NCBI RefSeq assembly: GCF_001194135.2
Contig: NC_069008.1
Location: 16,286,354 to 16,350,353, forward strand
Length of the DNA: 64,000 nucleotides
DNA from: Octopus bimaculoides
Lineage: Eukaryota
Direction: 5' to 3'
In this document: piece after piece, positions 48,729 through 59,849 of the stretch
How positions within the stretch are numbered: position 1 is the first letter of the stretch
Layout: every line of letters starts with the position of its first letter
Position numbers and translations under genes: made by a program
The notes under the pieces: generated by a model
The model's input: only the letters and a program-made list of their open reading frames with translations
Databases searched by the model: none
Told to the model about the DNA's origin: nothing

Positions 48729-50273
48729 TCATGTTTTGTAATTAAAAGTCTTCTTTCCTCGAGAGTGGATTTCTTTATGTCTTTTTAAATGACTATTTCT
48801 GTTAAACGATTTCCCACAAACTTCACAATGATATGGCTTTTCTCCAGTGTGGCTAAGTTTGTGGACAATTAGACTAGAATTAGCACAGAAAGATTTCCCA
48901 CATGTCTCACAGTGATAAGGTTTTTCTGTGTGTATTCGTTTGTGAGTAGTCAAATCTCTATTGGACGCAAAACACTTGCCACACACTTCACAACTGAAAG
49001 GTCTTTCTCCAGTGTGCGTCCTTTTGTGTCTGTTTAAATCGCTGTTATTAATAAAAGATTTCTCACACATTTCACAGTGGAAAGGTTTTTCTCCAGAATG
49101 TATCAGCTTGTGCTTTGTTAAATTACTATTGGAGGCAAAGGATTTCCCACACATCTCACAATAATATGGCTTTTCTCCAGTGTGACTACGAATGTGTAAA
49201 ATGAGATAAGAGTTATTTATGTAAGACTTGCCACATATTTCACAGTGAAACAGTTTTTCGCCAGTGTGTAATATTTTATGTGTTTTTAATTGACTATTAG
49301 TAGTAAATGATTTCTCACAAATATCACAGTGGAAAGGTTTTTCTCCACTATGACTACGTATGTGTATAACAAGAGAATAGTTATTTATGTAAAATTTACC
49401 ACATACTTCACAGTGAAATGGCTTTTCTCCAGTATGACTTACTTTATGAGTTTTTAAGTGACTGTTAGTAATAAAAGATTTCCCACATATTTCACAGTGG
49501 AAAGGTTTATCTCCAGTGTGTATTCGTTTGTGTCTATTTACGTAACTATTATCAACAAAAGATTTCCCACATATTTCACAACGATAGGGTTTTTCTCCAG
49601 TGTGACTACGTTTGTGGATAACAAGATGAGAATTATTAAGAAACGATTTCCCGCATGTTTCACAATTAAACAGTTTCTCTTTGATATGCTTTCTTTTGTG
49701 TGCTGCTAAATCACTGTTATCAACAAAACACTTTTCACATAGTTCGCAATAAAACGGTTTTTCTCCACTGTGCATTCTTCTGTGTTTTGTTAGCTTGCTG
49801 TTATAGACAAACGATTTGCCGCAGATTTCACAATGAAAAGGTTTCTCACCAGTGTGAATTCTTCTGTGAACTGCAAGGTTGGAATTTTCAGAGAAGGACT
49901 TCCCGCATATTTCACAACTGTAGGGTTTTTCCCCTGTGTGGATTCTCATATGAACGACAAGATTAGAATTATCAGAGAATGATTTTCCACATATTTCACA
50001 ATGGAAAGGTTTCTCTCCAGTGTGTATTCTTGTATGTTTTGTTAATTTACTATTAGAAACAAAATATTTCCCACATATTTTACAATGGAAATATTTTTCC
50101 TTAGTGTGTATTTCTTTATGTTTGAAGACTTCATGTTCTGAAGAGAATGTCTTCACACAAATCTCACAGCAGTATTCAGGAACATTTTTCTCTAGAGCTT
50201 TCTTATCTCTAACTGTATCTATATTGTTAATAACATTTGTGTTTGAAGAGTCCAATTGATTAACCTTCTCCAT
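48729..50273 (-). CDS. C2H2 zinc-finger gene B1, 17 fingers
   Basis: Intact 514-aa ORF. One linker is shortened (HTEKPY). Confidence 0.95.
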   Translation of the reverse strand: MEKVNQLDSSNTNVINNIDTVRDKKALEKNVPEYCCEICVKTFSSEHEVFKHKEIHTKEKYFHCKICGKYFVSNSKLTKHTRIHTGEKPFHCEICGKSFSDNSNLVVHMRIHTGEKPYSCEICGKSFSENSNLAVHRRIHTGEKPFHCEICGKSFVYNSKLTKHRRMHSGEKPFYCELCEKCFVDNSDLAAHKRKHIKEKLFNCETCGKSFLNNSHLVIHKRSHTGEKPYRCEICGKSFVDNSYVNRHKRIHTGDKPFHCEICGKSFITNSHLKTHKVSHTGEKPFHCEVCGKFYINNYSLVIHIRSHSGEKPFHCDICEKSFTTNSQLKTHKILHTGEKLFHCEICGKSYINNSYLILHIRSHTGEKPYYCEMCGKSFASNSNLTKHKLIHSGEKPFHCEMCEKSFINNSDLNRHKRTHTGERPFSCEVCGKCFASNRDLTTHKRIHTEKPYHCETCGKSFCANSSLIVHKLSHTGEKPYHCEVCGKSFNRNSHLKRHKEIHSRGKKTFNYKT

Positions 50274-50291
50274 ATCAATTCTTGAACAATT

Positions 50292-50410
50292 CTTAAAGCT
50301 GACAAATTTTTGTGAGTTAATCTAGCATAGTTCAGTTTCTTGTCTTAGATACCACAGTCCTCTGTTTACATGTGAGGAACAGATGTAATGTAGATATATT
50401 TTCTACTCAC
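50292..50410 (-). other. Putative ~118-nt 5' UTR intron of B-type genes
   Basis: GTRAGT donor, GATTAAYTCAC branch-like motif and CTTT(T)AAG acceptor 18-19 nt before the ATG in B1, B2 (52503-52622) and B3 (59681-59797). Confidence 0.55.
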
Positions 50411-50789
50411 CAATAAAATGTTTTATTGCTGACTGGGCCATTTCCAAGTGGTTCACTGGGCCATTTCCAAGTAGTTCACACAATAGAAAATATAGACATC
50501 GTTAAATTATGTTATGTAGACTAAGGAATATACATCCATTAAAGGAATGACTGTAGTGTTTCGGTGAAATCTGAGAGATGCTGTAATGAAACGACCATGT
50601 AGCACTACTCAAAAGTATGAAAATATATGAATGTCTAACAGCGATGGCGAACCAAGAAAATAAGTGTGTGCGTATATAACATGTACTCGATAAGTAAGTG
50701 TATATATGCATACACCGGTATAAGTACTGTCCCAATAAATGAGGATTGCTTCCTAGGAATAACCGAAAAATATATAACAATGTAATAAA

Positions 50790-51140
50790 TGTTTTCAGTT
50801 TGAAAGATGAGAAGGGAAGCGGGATGAGGAAAGTTCATTGATTGATTTGTTGCTGATTAAAAGCCATTTCCACTAAACAACAAACTAACGATGTAAAGTT
50901 GTGATCAAACGAATCATTGAATCACGAAGGTGATCGAACAGCAATCCTGAAACATGTAGATCGCCATATCTTATCCACAAACTTTAACGTTCACCTTAAC
51001 ACGAGATAATTGCTATACATGATATATAATTAGATTCACACAATTAATTAGAAACACAACAAGGAGACGGTGTCGTTGATAATTTTTCCCTCATTTGAAT
51101 GACACCGGTGATATACTTTAAAAGGTTCTGACGTAATATA
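50790..51140 (-). promoter_or_regulatory. Module B upstream of B1 (candidate promoter or first exon)
   Basis: Conserved non-coding block upstream of all three B genes, always in the same relative orientation. Confidence 0.45.
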
Positions 51141-51793
51141 GTTTTTTTTTTTTTTTAACAGTACTTCCGATGCAATCGTAATCTGCATCTGAAAGGTATT
51201 TGTGGAAATTTTCATTAACAAAAATATCCATTTTTCTGAAAGTTATAAGGAAAAAAAAAAAAAAAACTCGAGTAGGGGAGTTACACTTATGAACATTTGC
51301 GAGAGAGTCGTTCTAACTGTTCAATAGGGCTTTAGACTATGGAAGGGGGTCACAGATCGACCTAACCAAAGTAGAATAATAAAAAAATAAACAAAAAATG
51401 ATAGACTTTCACAGACTGGTAAGCATACATTTGTGCACCTCTCCGTGTTTTTGTATGCTTTTATATTTATCCGTTAAGTATAATATGTTGATAGATAAAT
51501 TCCTTATTCTCTTGATTTATTAGAAGGAACGACGAAGAGAGAAATACAATTGTAATATTATCTGCCCCATTCACAAAATAAAATTCCTTGATGTAAAGGT
51601 CAATACGCGCAATCTATTGACAAAAGCAAAGACACTAACCATTAAATATGTTGATAGATAAACGTTTGACCATACACAAATACTATTGCATGCAGACACA
51701 CATGGTCTATCTTACAGACTGTACACGAAACACAAGCATACACGTTCTCGTTCTCTCCCTCTTTATCACACACACATTTCCATCTATCTTCGA

Positions 51794-52157
51794 TGTTGTT
51801 GGCACTCCGTCGCTTACGACGTCGAGGGTTCCAGTTGATCCGATCAACAGAACAGCCTGCTCGTGAAATTAACGTGCAAGTGGCTGAGCACTCCACAGAC
51901 ACGTGTACCCTTAACGTAGTTCTCGGGGATATTCAGCGTGACAAGGCTGACCCTTTGAATTACAGGCACAACAGAAACAGGAAGTAAGAGTGAGAGAAAG
52001 TTGTGGTGAAAGAGTATAGCAGGGTTCGCCACCATCCCCTGCCGGAGCTTCGTGGAGTTTTAGGTGTTTTCGCTCAATAAACACTTACAACGCCCGGTCT
52101 GGGAATCGAAACCGCGATCCCATGACCGCGAGTCCGCTGCCCTAACCACTGGGCCAT
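51794..52157 (-). mobile_element. tRNA-derived SINE (GTGGAGGCGCAATGG family)
   Basis: Near-identical to 28428-28817. The first bases of the head are missing at the module B junction. Confidence 0.9.
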
Positions 52158-52159
52158 CG

Positions 52160-52500
52160 TAAGGTGTTTTTAAATGTATTGAATTATGTTGGGAACTTTT
52201 AATATATGTCACCGGTGTAATTCAAAAGAAGGGAAAATTATCAATGACACCGTCCACTGTGTTTCTTATTAGTTGAATCTAATCTTACTAATGCACAATA
52301 TAGTAATTATCTCGCGTTAAAGCGAACATTAATGTTTGTGTATAAAATTGGGTGAACTATATTTGATCACAGCTTTCGTTAATTGGTCGTTCCCTATTTT
52401 ACGGGACAGAGGAAATGGCTTTTAATCAACAACAAATCAATCAATGAACTTTTCTCATAATTCTTCACTTTTCATTTGGACTTTATATCAAATATTCTAC
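52160..52500 (+). promoter_or_regulatory. Module B upstream of B2
   Basis: Reverse-complement match to 50790-51140 and 17180-17700. Confidence 0.45.
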
Positions 52501-52641
52501 TGGTAAGTAGATAATATATCCACATTACATCCGTTCCACTCATGTAAATAGAAGTTTGTGACATCTGAGACAAGGAACTGAACCATAATAGATTAATTCA
52601 CAGGCATTTCTCAGCTTTTAAGCAGTTCGTCGAGAATTAAT

Positions 52642-54018
52642 ATGGAGAACGTTGATCACTTGGACACGTTTAACACAACTGTTGTTAACAATGTAGATAC
52701 AGTTAGAGAGACAGACGGAGGTGAGAATGTTGTAGAGAAAAATGTTGCTGAATATTCCTGTGAGATTTGTAGGAAGACATTCTCTTCAGAAGAGGAGGTC
52801 ATCACACACAAAAAAATACACAAGAAAGAAAAACAGTTCCATTGCGAAATATGTGGGAAATATTTTGCCTCAAACTGTTATTTAATAAGTCACAGAAGAA
52901 TCCACACTGGAGAGAAACCATACCATTGTGAGATATGTGGGAAATCTTTTACTCAGAATTCCAATCTTTTAGTTCACAAAAAAATACATACTGGGGAAAA
53001 AGCGTTCCATTGTAAATCGTGTGGGAAATCTTTTGCTCAGAATGGTCATCTTATCAACCACATACGCAGTCACACAGGAGAGAAAGCTTTCCACTGTGAA
53101 ATTTGTGGGAAATCCTTCACTCAGAATGGTCATCGGGTTAAACACATTCGTAGTCACACTGGAGAAAAACCATTTAGTTGTGACATTTGTGGGAAATCTT
53201 TCTCGGATAATTCTAGTGTTGTCGTTCACAAACGTAGCCACACTGGAGAGAAACCCTATCATTGTGAAATATGCGGGAAATCGTTTGTTTCTCATGGTAG
53301 TTTAACAAAACACAAAATAATACACACGGGAAAGAAAGTATTTCACTGTGAAATATGTGGTAAATCTTTTAATCAGAACTCACACCTTGTTAGTCACAAA
53401 CGTAGTCACACTGGCGAAAAAGCCTTCCATTGTAATATATGTGGAAAATCTTTCACTCAAAATTCTCGTCTTGTTATCCACACACGTAGCCACACTGGAG
53501 AGAAACCTTTCCACTGTGAAATTTGTGGTAAATCATTCTGTGACCATTCTAGTCTTGTAGTTCACAAACGTAGCCACACTGGAGAAAAACCATATTGCTG
53601 TGATACATGCGGCAAGACATTTGTTTCAAACAGTATTTTAACAAAACACAAAATGATCCACACTGGAGAAAAGCGGTTTCCTTGTGAAATATGTGGAAAA
53701 TCTTTCATTAATAATCCAAGCCTTCTTAGTCACAAACGTATTCATACAGGAGAAAAAGCCTTTCACTGTAAAATATGTGGGAGATCTTTCACTCAGAATT
53801 CTCATCTTGCTATCCATACTCGTAGTCACACTGGAGAAAAACCTTTCCATTGTGAGACATGTGGTAAATCATTCTCTGATAAATCCTGTCTTATAATTCA
53901 CAAACGAAGCCATACAGGAGAAAAACCATTTCACTGTGAACTATGCAAGAAATCTTTTGTCTCTAACAGTAGTTTAACAAAACACAAACAAATACACACA
54001 AGAGAAAAACTTACCTAG
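52642..54018 (+). CDS. C2H2 zinc-finger gene B2, 15 fingers
   Basis: Intact 458-aa ORF. Confidence 0.95.
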   Translation: MENVDHLDTFNTTVVNNVDTVRETDGGENVVEKNVAEYSCEICRKTFSSEEEVITHKKIHKKEKQFHCEICGKYFASNCYLISHRRIHTGEKPYHCEICGKSFTQNSNLLVHKKIHTGEKAFHCKSCGKSFAQNGHLINHIRSHTGEKAFHCEICGKSFTQNGHRVKHIRSHTGEKPFSCDICGKSFSDNSSVVVHKRSHTGEKPYHCEICGKSFVSHGSLTKHKIIHTGKKVFHCEICGKSFNQNSHLVSHKRSHTGEKAFHCNICGKSFTQNSRLVIHTRSHTGEKPFHCEICGKSFCDHSSLVVHKRSHTGEKPYCCDTCGKTFVSNSILTKHKMIHTGEKRFPCEICGKSFINNPSLLSHKRIHTGEKAFHCKICGRSFTQNSHLAIHTRSHTGEKPFHCETCGKSFSDKSCLIIHKRSHTGEKPFHCELCKKSFVSNSSLTKHKQIHTREKLT

Positions 54019-54112
54019 GGAAGAAAAAAAGAAATTTATCTCTGTTTAGCTTTTCAATATATAAATGTTGGTGCATACATATTTGTTTATCCAATATGTA
54101 AAAATGGAAGCG

Positions 54113-54296
54113 GTGGAGGCGCAATGGCCCAGTGGTTAGGGCAGCGGACTCGCGGTCATAGGATCGCGGTTTCAATTCCCAGACTGGACATTGTGAGTGT
54201 TTATTGAGCAAAAAACACCTAAAGCGCCATGAGGCGCCGGCAGGGGATGGTGGCAAACCCTGCTGTACTCTTTCACCACAACTTTCTCTCACTCTT
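54113..54296 (+). mobile_element. tRNA-derived SINE running into a gap
   Basis: GTGGAGGCGCAATGGCCCAGTGGTTAGG head. Confidence 0.85.
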
Positions 54297-54599
54297 NNNN
54301 NNNNNNNNNNNNNNNNNNNNNNNNNNNNNNNNNNNNNNNNNNNNNNNNNNNNNNNNNNNNNNNNNNNNNNNNNNNNNNNNNNNNNNNNNNNNNNNNNNNN
54401 NNNNNNNNNNNNNNNNNNNNNNNNNNNNNNNNNNNNNNNNNNNNNNNNNNNNNNNNNNNNNNNNNNNNNNNNNNNNNNNNNNNNNNNNNNNNNNNNNNNN
54501 NNNNNNNNAAAAAAAAAAAAAAAAAAGTCAATTTAACACCAAGTATCTTGATTGGTCGCACAACACAAGGCACAATGGAACCTACTGAAGCAAGCCGAT

Positions 54600-54800
54600 A
54601 CACTTGCGGTATTATCACGGGCGATGGCAAGACTAAGATGTTGGAAAAGCCAAGCACCCTTATGGGCATCACTTGACACCTCAGTAACGCGAGGTGCCAA
54701 TGATGACGAGAACTTCGTTGTTAGCAGCCCAGCCCTTCCAAACATCTCAAATGCCACAGGCTGGAAGACATGGTCCACTAATAGATTCCTATGAAAATAT
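54600..54800 (-). mobile_element. C-terminal fragment of an RLE-type non-LTR retrotransposon (CRE-like)
   Basis: HVFQPVAFEMFG...GAWLFQHLSLAIARDNTASV resembles the F.P.A.ET.G...FL.QRLS.AIQRGNAASV end of CRE-clade ORFs. Confidence 0.6.
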
Positions 54801-55439
54801 AACTCAACTCCCTCCCACTCTCTCTCCAGCAAACTGAGCATATATGTAAGAAGGCATTCATCACTTACAGTCTCTTGGAAATGCCCAAATACAGAGAGAT
54901 AGAGAGAGAGCCTTGTAACTGAAATATGAGGAATCGTTTTCCTACAACTGTAAACTTCTCCACCAACATGTACACATCGAAGAACATTTGGCAGAATTTT
55001 GGTTTAAGGACCCCATATAACTCTTCATAGCTTTTTCTATTTCTGTAATCTTCACAAAGCTTTTGTGAATTTGTCTTCTACACACGAATAAATATGATTA
55101 TAAAAAAAAGTTTCTTTTTTAGTTTTTTAAACCTTTTTTCCCCGAGTTCCAATTGTTTAATTATTTTTGTTAATGAGAGATTGAAATACGGACAGCCTGA
55201 ATTTTTTGCTTAAATCCCAGCAATGGACCACTCTTGGGTGTATCATCATTCCATTAAATGTGTTTATGGGGAGAAAAAAGTTTGAGTAACATCCATACAT
55301 ATCAGAGTGACAAAGAAATGAAGAAAGTATCAGGTGGTCGTGAGATGTGCTCAAAACAACAGCTAAATCACCTTTTGTATGCATGAATTCCCATGTGCTT
55401 GAGAAGAAGAGCAATTAAGCCAAGTAAATCATAATTGTA

Positions 55440-55640
55440 GCAGATACTGGTGTCATGCAAATGGCCCCTGTGCCAGTGGCGTGTAAAAGCATCCATTACA
55501 CTCTTGGAGTGGTTGGTATTAGGAAGGGCATCCAGCTGTAGAAGCCATGCCAAATCAGACAGGGGTCTGATGCTGCCATCCCTGGTCAAACTATCCAACA
55601 CCTGCCAGTATGGACAACAAATGTTAAATGATGATTATGG
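55440..55640 (+). mobile_element. RTE-type 3' UTR copy
   Basis: GGAAGGGCATCCAGCTGTAGA block and ATGATGAT tail. Confidence 0.65.
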
Positions 55641-55929
55641 TGGGGTTATATGGGGTGCTTAAAGAAGAATTCCGCTGAATATTTATTATAGTGAGACAAT
55701 GCTTCACCATTGTGTTTGAATTTTCATATGGTTGTTTACAAACCTCTCATTTAACCTTTTTGTTACCATATTTCTGTTGAGATGTTTTGTGTCTTTTTCA
55801 ATTAGTTTTAAATATAAGAATTTAGTAAAATAACTTAGTTATCATTAAGCTAGTGTTAGGAACATAAATTGTGACTTAGGCTTGGTGGAAAATTTTAATT
55901 CAGAACTTTTGAAAACAAGACATTTGTAC

Positions 55930-56035
55930 TCAGAGCCCTCCAGTTTCTTTTCAATACTTTTGATTGTTTTCCAACATTCAGATCCATAGAGATGAATGCT
56001 CACTATGTTGCTTTTGTAAAATCGTATTTTGGTGC
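55930..56035 (-). mobile_element. Short RTE RT fragment
   Basis: LYGSECWKTIKSIEKKLE motif. Confidence 0.55.
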
Positions 56036-56355
56036 TCTTGGGGTCTGGATAGCTACATGTCAAACCGCCCAACTCATGCCAGCATGGAAAGCAGACGTTA
56101 AACAATGATGACAACAATTATGATGATGTCATGTAATGAATTCAAATCAACTTAAATCCTACCATAAATTTATTTGTAACGGACCAACCAATGAGTGGGG
56201 TCACCAAATGGAACAGATTGATGTGTCTAAATTGGGGGTTACCAAATTTAGTGGTAAGATAGGATTCTTACATTGAAGTTACCAAAGTAATGTACAGGTT
56301 CACCATATGGAATGTAAGGTTTTCATATTGGAATTACCAATTGTATCATATTGGT

Positions 56356-56515
56356 CAGTGGTTCCCAAAGTGGGCGGTACTGCCCCCCTGGGGATGGTGG
56401 AAAGGTCCAAGGTGCATTGATGGAAAGTGGGATGATAGATGTAAAAAAAAATATATTAATAAGTTAATTAGGTTTGAGTTTTATTTACGAAATACATTTT
56501 ATTGTGTCTGGTGAG
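56356..56515 (+). mobile_element. hAT/Charlie-like terminal fragment
   Basis: CAGTGGTTCCCAAAGTGGG terminus. Other end not found. Confidence 0.4.
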
Positions 56516-56550
56516 ACACATTCTCTTTTAGTGCCTTATTAATTTAACAC

Positions 56551-56897
56551 GTGGAGATGCAATGGCCCAGTGGTTAGGGCAGCGGACTCGCGGTTTCGAT
56601 TCCCAGACCGGGCGTTGTGAGTGTTTATTGAGCGAAAACACCTAAAAGCTCCACAAGGCTCCGGCAGGGGATGGTGGCGAATTTCTTTCACTCTTACTTC
56701 CTGTTTCTGTTGTACCTGTAATTCAAAGGGTCAGCCTTGTTACACTGTGTCACGCTGGATATCCCCGAGAACTATGTTAAGGGTACACGTGTCTGTGGAG
56801 TGCTCAGCCACTTGCACGTTAATTTCACGAGCAGGCTGTTCTGTTGATCGGATCAACTGGAACCCTCGACGTCATAAGTGATGGAGTGCCAACAACA
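56551..56897 (+). mobile_element. tRNA-derived SINE (GTGGAGGCGCAATGG family) with internal deletions
   Basis: Head, body and CCAACAACAA tail present. Confidence 0.88.
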
Positions 56898-57061
56898 ATA
56901 TTTTACTTTATTCTATCTGAAGTTCAATAGTTCACGTTATCCTAAAGAACATCTTTAAAAGTGCAGCAGAAATATGGTAATGAAAGGGCTAAAGGTGTTT
57001 TGTGAATGTAAATTCTGATTGAGACAATTGTCTCAAAAAGAGGATTGTTACATGCAGATTT

Positions 57062-57370
57062 CACTTACCCACCTGTGACATTAAATTATATGTCTTACCT
57101 GTTATGGTATATCAATCAATGTTTAGTGTAAAAATATCTTTAATTACATCAAACCTCCTTCCAACATCACCCGACACATGTTTAAAGTAAACAAAATGGC
57201 TGTAATGGAAATGGAAGGTGTATTATGTGAACTTTTCGTTAAAAATGTGTGCGTGTGTGTGTGTGTATTTCTTACCTGTTATGGTATATAAATCAATGTT
57301 TAGTATAGAATAACTTTAATTATGTCAAAGGTGGCTGTGATGGAAACAGAAGTAAGACGTGTCATGTGAC
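57062..57370 (-). promoter_or_regulatory. Orphan, tandemly duplicated promoter/exon-1 cassette
   Basis: GTCATGTGAC 57361-57370, decayed ETS site CAGAAGT 57347-57353, donors at 57275 and 57098 with the ATTGAT...ATAACAG|GTAAG context of the other cassettes. Confidence 0.6.
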
Positions 57371-57609
57371 TTTTACGTTAAATACTGATTTTGTTGTTGA
57401 AACTTTTACCAAGAGTGACGAGGCATTTATAATGATGATATATATAGCATAAAAATGAGAAGAGGACAAATACTATCATTTGATAAAGCCTTTTATTTTC
57501 ATTGTTACACTGCAAGATACAAATTCATTTAGTAGTTGTTATATAATGATTATTTGCAGTTCTGTTATCCATTCTGCAGGTAGTTAACTTCATCTTATGT
57601 TGACTGCTA

Positions 57610-58342
57610 GAAGACAATAAATTTCTCATGTTTCACAATGAAAAGTCTTCTTGCCTCTGCTTTGCATTTGTGTATTTTTAAGTGACTATTAATCATAAAT
57701 GATTTCTCACAATTGTTGCAGTGACGGGGTTTCTTCTGTATGGCTACATCTATGAATTCAAAGATGAGAATTGCTAATGCAGGAGTTCCCATAATAAATG
57801 ATGGAGTTTTCTCTCAACAACATAATTGTCAAAGTATCATTTCCAAAATATTTCTTAATGAAACAGTTTTACGCCAATGCATAGTCATTCATGATTTGCT
57901 AAGGCAATGTTATTAAAAAGTAATTCCCATATTTTTCACAGCTGAATCTTTTCCTCTAGTGTAGCCACTAATGAGGTGTGAATTATTAACAAAAAGGTAA
58001 TCTGCATATTTCACAATGGACGGGTTTTCCTCCAGCAAATATTTTTTTGATGAACTACAAGATTAGAATTTTTTGATAAAGATTTCCCACATATTTCAGT
58101 GGGAAGGTTTTCCCACAAGCTGTGGTGCTGGTGCTATGTAAAAAGCACCCAGTATACTCTGTAAAGTGGTTGGTGTTCAGAAAAGCATCCAGCTGTGGAG
58201 CATCAAGACAGACTAAGGAGCCTTGTGTGACTCCTAGCCCTTCCAGCTCCTGTCAAACTGTTCGAACCATGCCAGCATGGAAAACAGACATTAAATGATG
58301 ATGATGATGTTAAAATTTTATGGGAAAGATTTCCCATATATT
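57610..58342 (-). pseudogene. Decayed finger tail of B3, about six fingers, interrupted by an RTE-type tail at ~58118-58308
   Basis: Degenerate TGEKP/CxxC units with stops, e.g. HCNNCEKSFMINSHLKIH. Confidence 0.8.
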
Positions 58343-59662
58343 TCACAGTGGAAGGGTTTTCCTCCAGCATATATTCTTTTGGTGAGCTGCAAGATTGGAA
58401 TTTTGTGAGAAAAATTTCCCACACATCTCACAGTGGAATGGTTTTTCTCCAGTGTGGCTACGTTTGTGGATAACAAGATGGGAATTATTGACAAAAGATA
58501 AACCACATGTTTCGCAGTGGAATGGTTTTTCTCCAGCATGTAGTTTTTTGTGAACAACCAGATTAGAACTTTGAGAAAAAGTTCTCCCACACATGTCACA
58601 GTGATAAGGTTTTTCCCCAGTGTGTAATCTTTTGTGAGCCACAAGATGGGCGTTTCTAGTGAAAGATTTCCTACATATTTCACAGCGAAATGATTTTTCT
58701 CCAGTGTGCATTGTTTCATGTCTTTGCAAATTAGTTTTAGACACAAAAGATTTCTTACACATTTCACACTGGAATGGTTTTTCTCCAGTGTGACTACGTT
58801 CGTGAACAACAAGATGGGAATTTTTAATAAAAGATTTCCCACATATTTCACAAGGATATGGCTTTTCTCCAGTATGTATTCTCTTGTGTATTGTTAGATT
58901 ACTATTTGAGAGAAACGATTTCTCACAGACATCACAGTGGAACGGTTTTTCGCCAGTATGGCCACGTTTATGTATAGAAAGGTGTGAATTAGAAATGAAA
59001 GCCTTGCCACAAATCTGACAATGATAAGGTTTTTCCCCAGTATGGTTACGCTTGTGGACAACAAGGTGTGAATGGTTAAAGAAAGATAATCCACATATTA
59101 AACAGTGATATGGTTTTTCTCCTGTATGCGTTCTTTTATGAACTACAAGATTAGATTTCTGACTGAAAGATTTCCCACATGTTTCACAATGAAATGGTTT
59201 TTCTCCAGTGTGACTTCGAACATGGTTAACAAGATGAGTATTATTCACAAAAGTTAAACCACAAATTTCACAGTGGAAAGGTTTCATTCCAGTATGTATT
59301 TTCTTATGAACTGCAAGATTGGAATTTTGAGCAAATGTTTTCCCACATATCTCACAATAAAACGGTTTCTCTCTCGTGTGTATTCTTTGATGACTTGTTA
59401 GATAACTGTTATGAGCAAAATATTTACCACATATTTTGCAATGAAACGGTTTCTCCTTACTGTGTATTTCTTTGTGTTTAAAGACTTCGTCTTCGGAAGA
59501 AAAGGTCTTCCTACAAACATTACATTTATATTCAGTAATATTTCCCTGTAACGATCTTTCTTTAGTAAACGTTTCACTATCAGCTCCGTCTGTCTCTCTA
59601 AAAGTATCTATATTGTTACACACCTTGGTGTTAGAAATGTCCAAGAGATCAACGTTCTCCAT
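58343..59662 (-). CDS. C2H2 zinc-finger gene B3, 13 intact fingers, frameshift in the 14th
   Basis: ATG at 59662 (MENVDLLD) aligned with B1 and B2. A 1-nt insertion near 58381 shifts the frame. Confidence 0.88.
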   Translation of the reverse strand: MENVDLLDISNTKVCNNIDTFRETDGADSETFTKERSLQGNITEYKCNVCRKTFSSEDEVFKHKEIHSKEKPFHCKICGKYFAHNSYLTSHQRIHTREKPFYCEICGKTFAQNSNLAVHKKIHTGMKPFHCEICGLTFVNNTHLVNHVRSHTGEKPFHCETCGKSFSQKSNLVVHKRTHTGEKPYHCLICGLSFFNHSHLVVHKRNHTGEKPYHCQICGKAFISNSHLSIHKRGHTGEKPFHCDVCEKSFLSNSNLTIHKRIHTGEKPYPCEICGKSFIKNSHLVVHERSHTGEKPFQCEMCKKSFVSKTNLQRHETMHTGEKSFRCEICRKSFTRNAHLVAHKRLHTGEKPYHCDMCGRTFSQSSNLVVHKKLHAGEKPFHCETCGLSFVNNSHLVIHKRSHTGEKPFHCEMCGKFFSQNSNLAAHQKNICWRKTLPL

Positions 59663-59849
59663 ATTAATTATTGTACAACTCTTAAAAGTTGACAAACGTC
59701 CGTGAGTTAATCTATTATTGTTTACTTCCTGATTTTATTCTCCATAGACTTCCGATTACATGTTTGGAAAACATGCCACACAGATATATCAACTTACCCC
59801 AAGAATGCTTACCGTTGCACAAAGCTTATTGTAAACAAAAACAAAAACG

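Noticed and set aside
48961-50259. Antisense and alternative-frame ORFs over the ZNF arrays (also in B2, B3, A4, A5)
   Set aside because: Shadow frames caused by 84-bp periodicity, with no independent coding signal.
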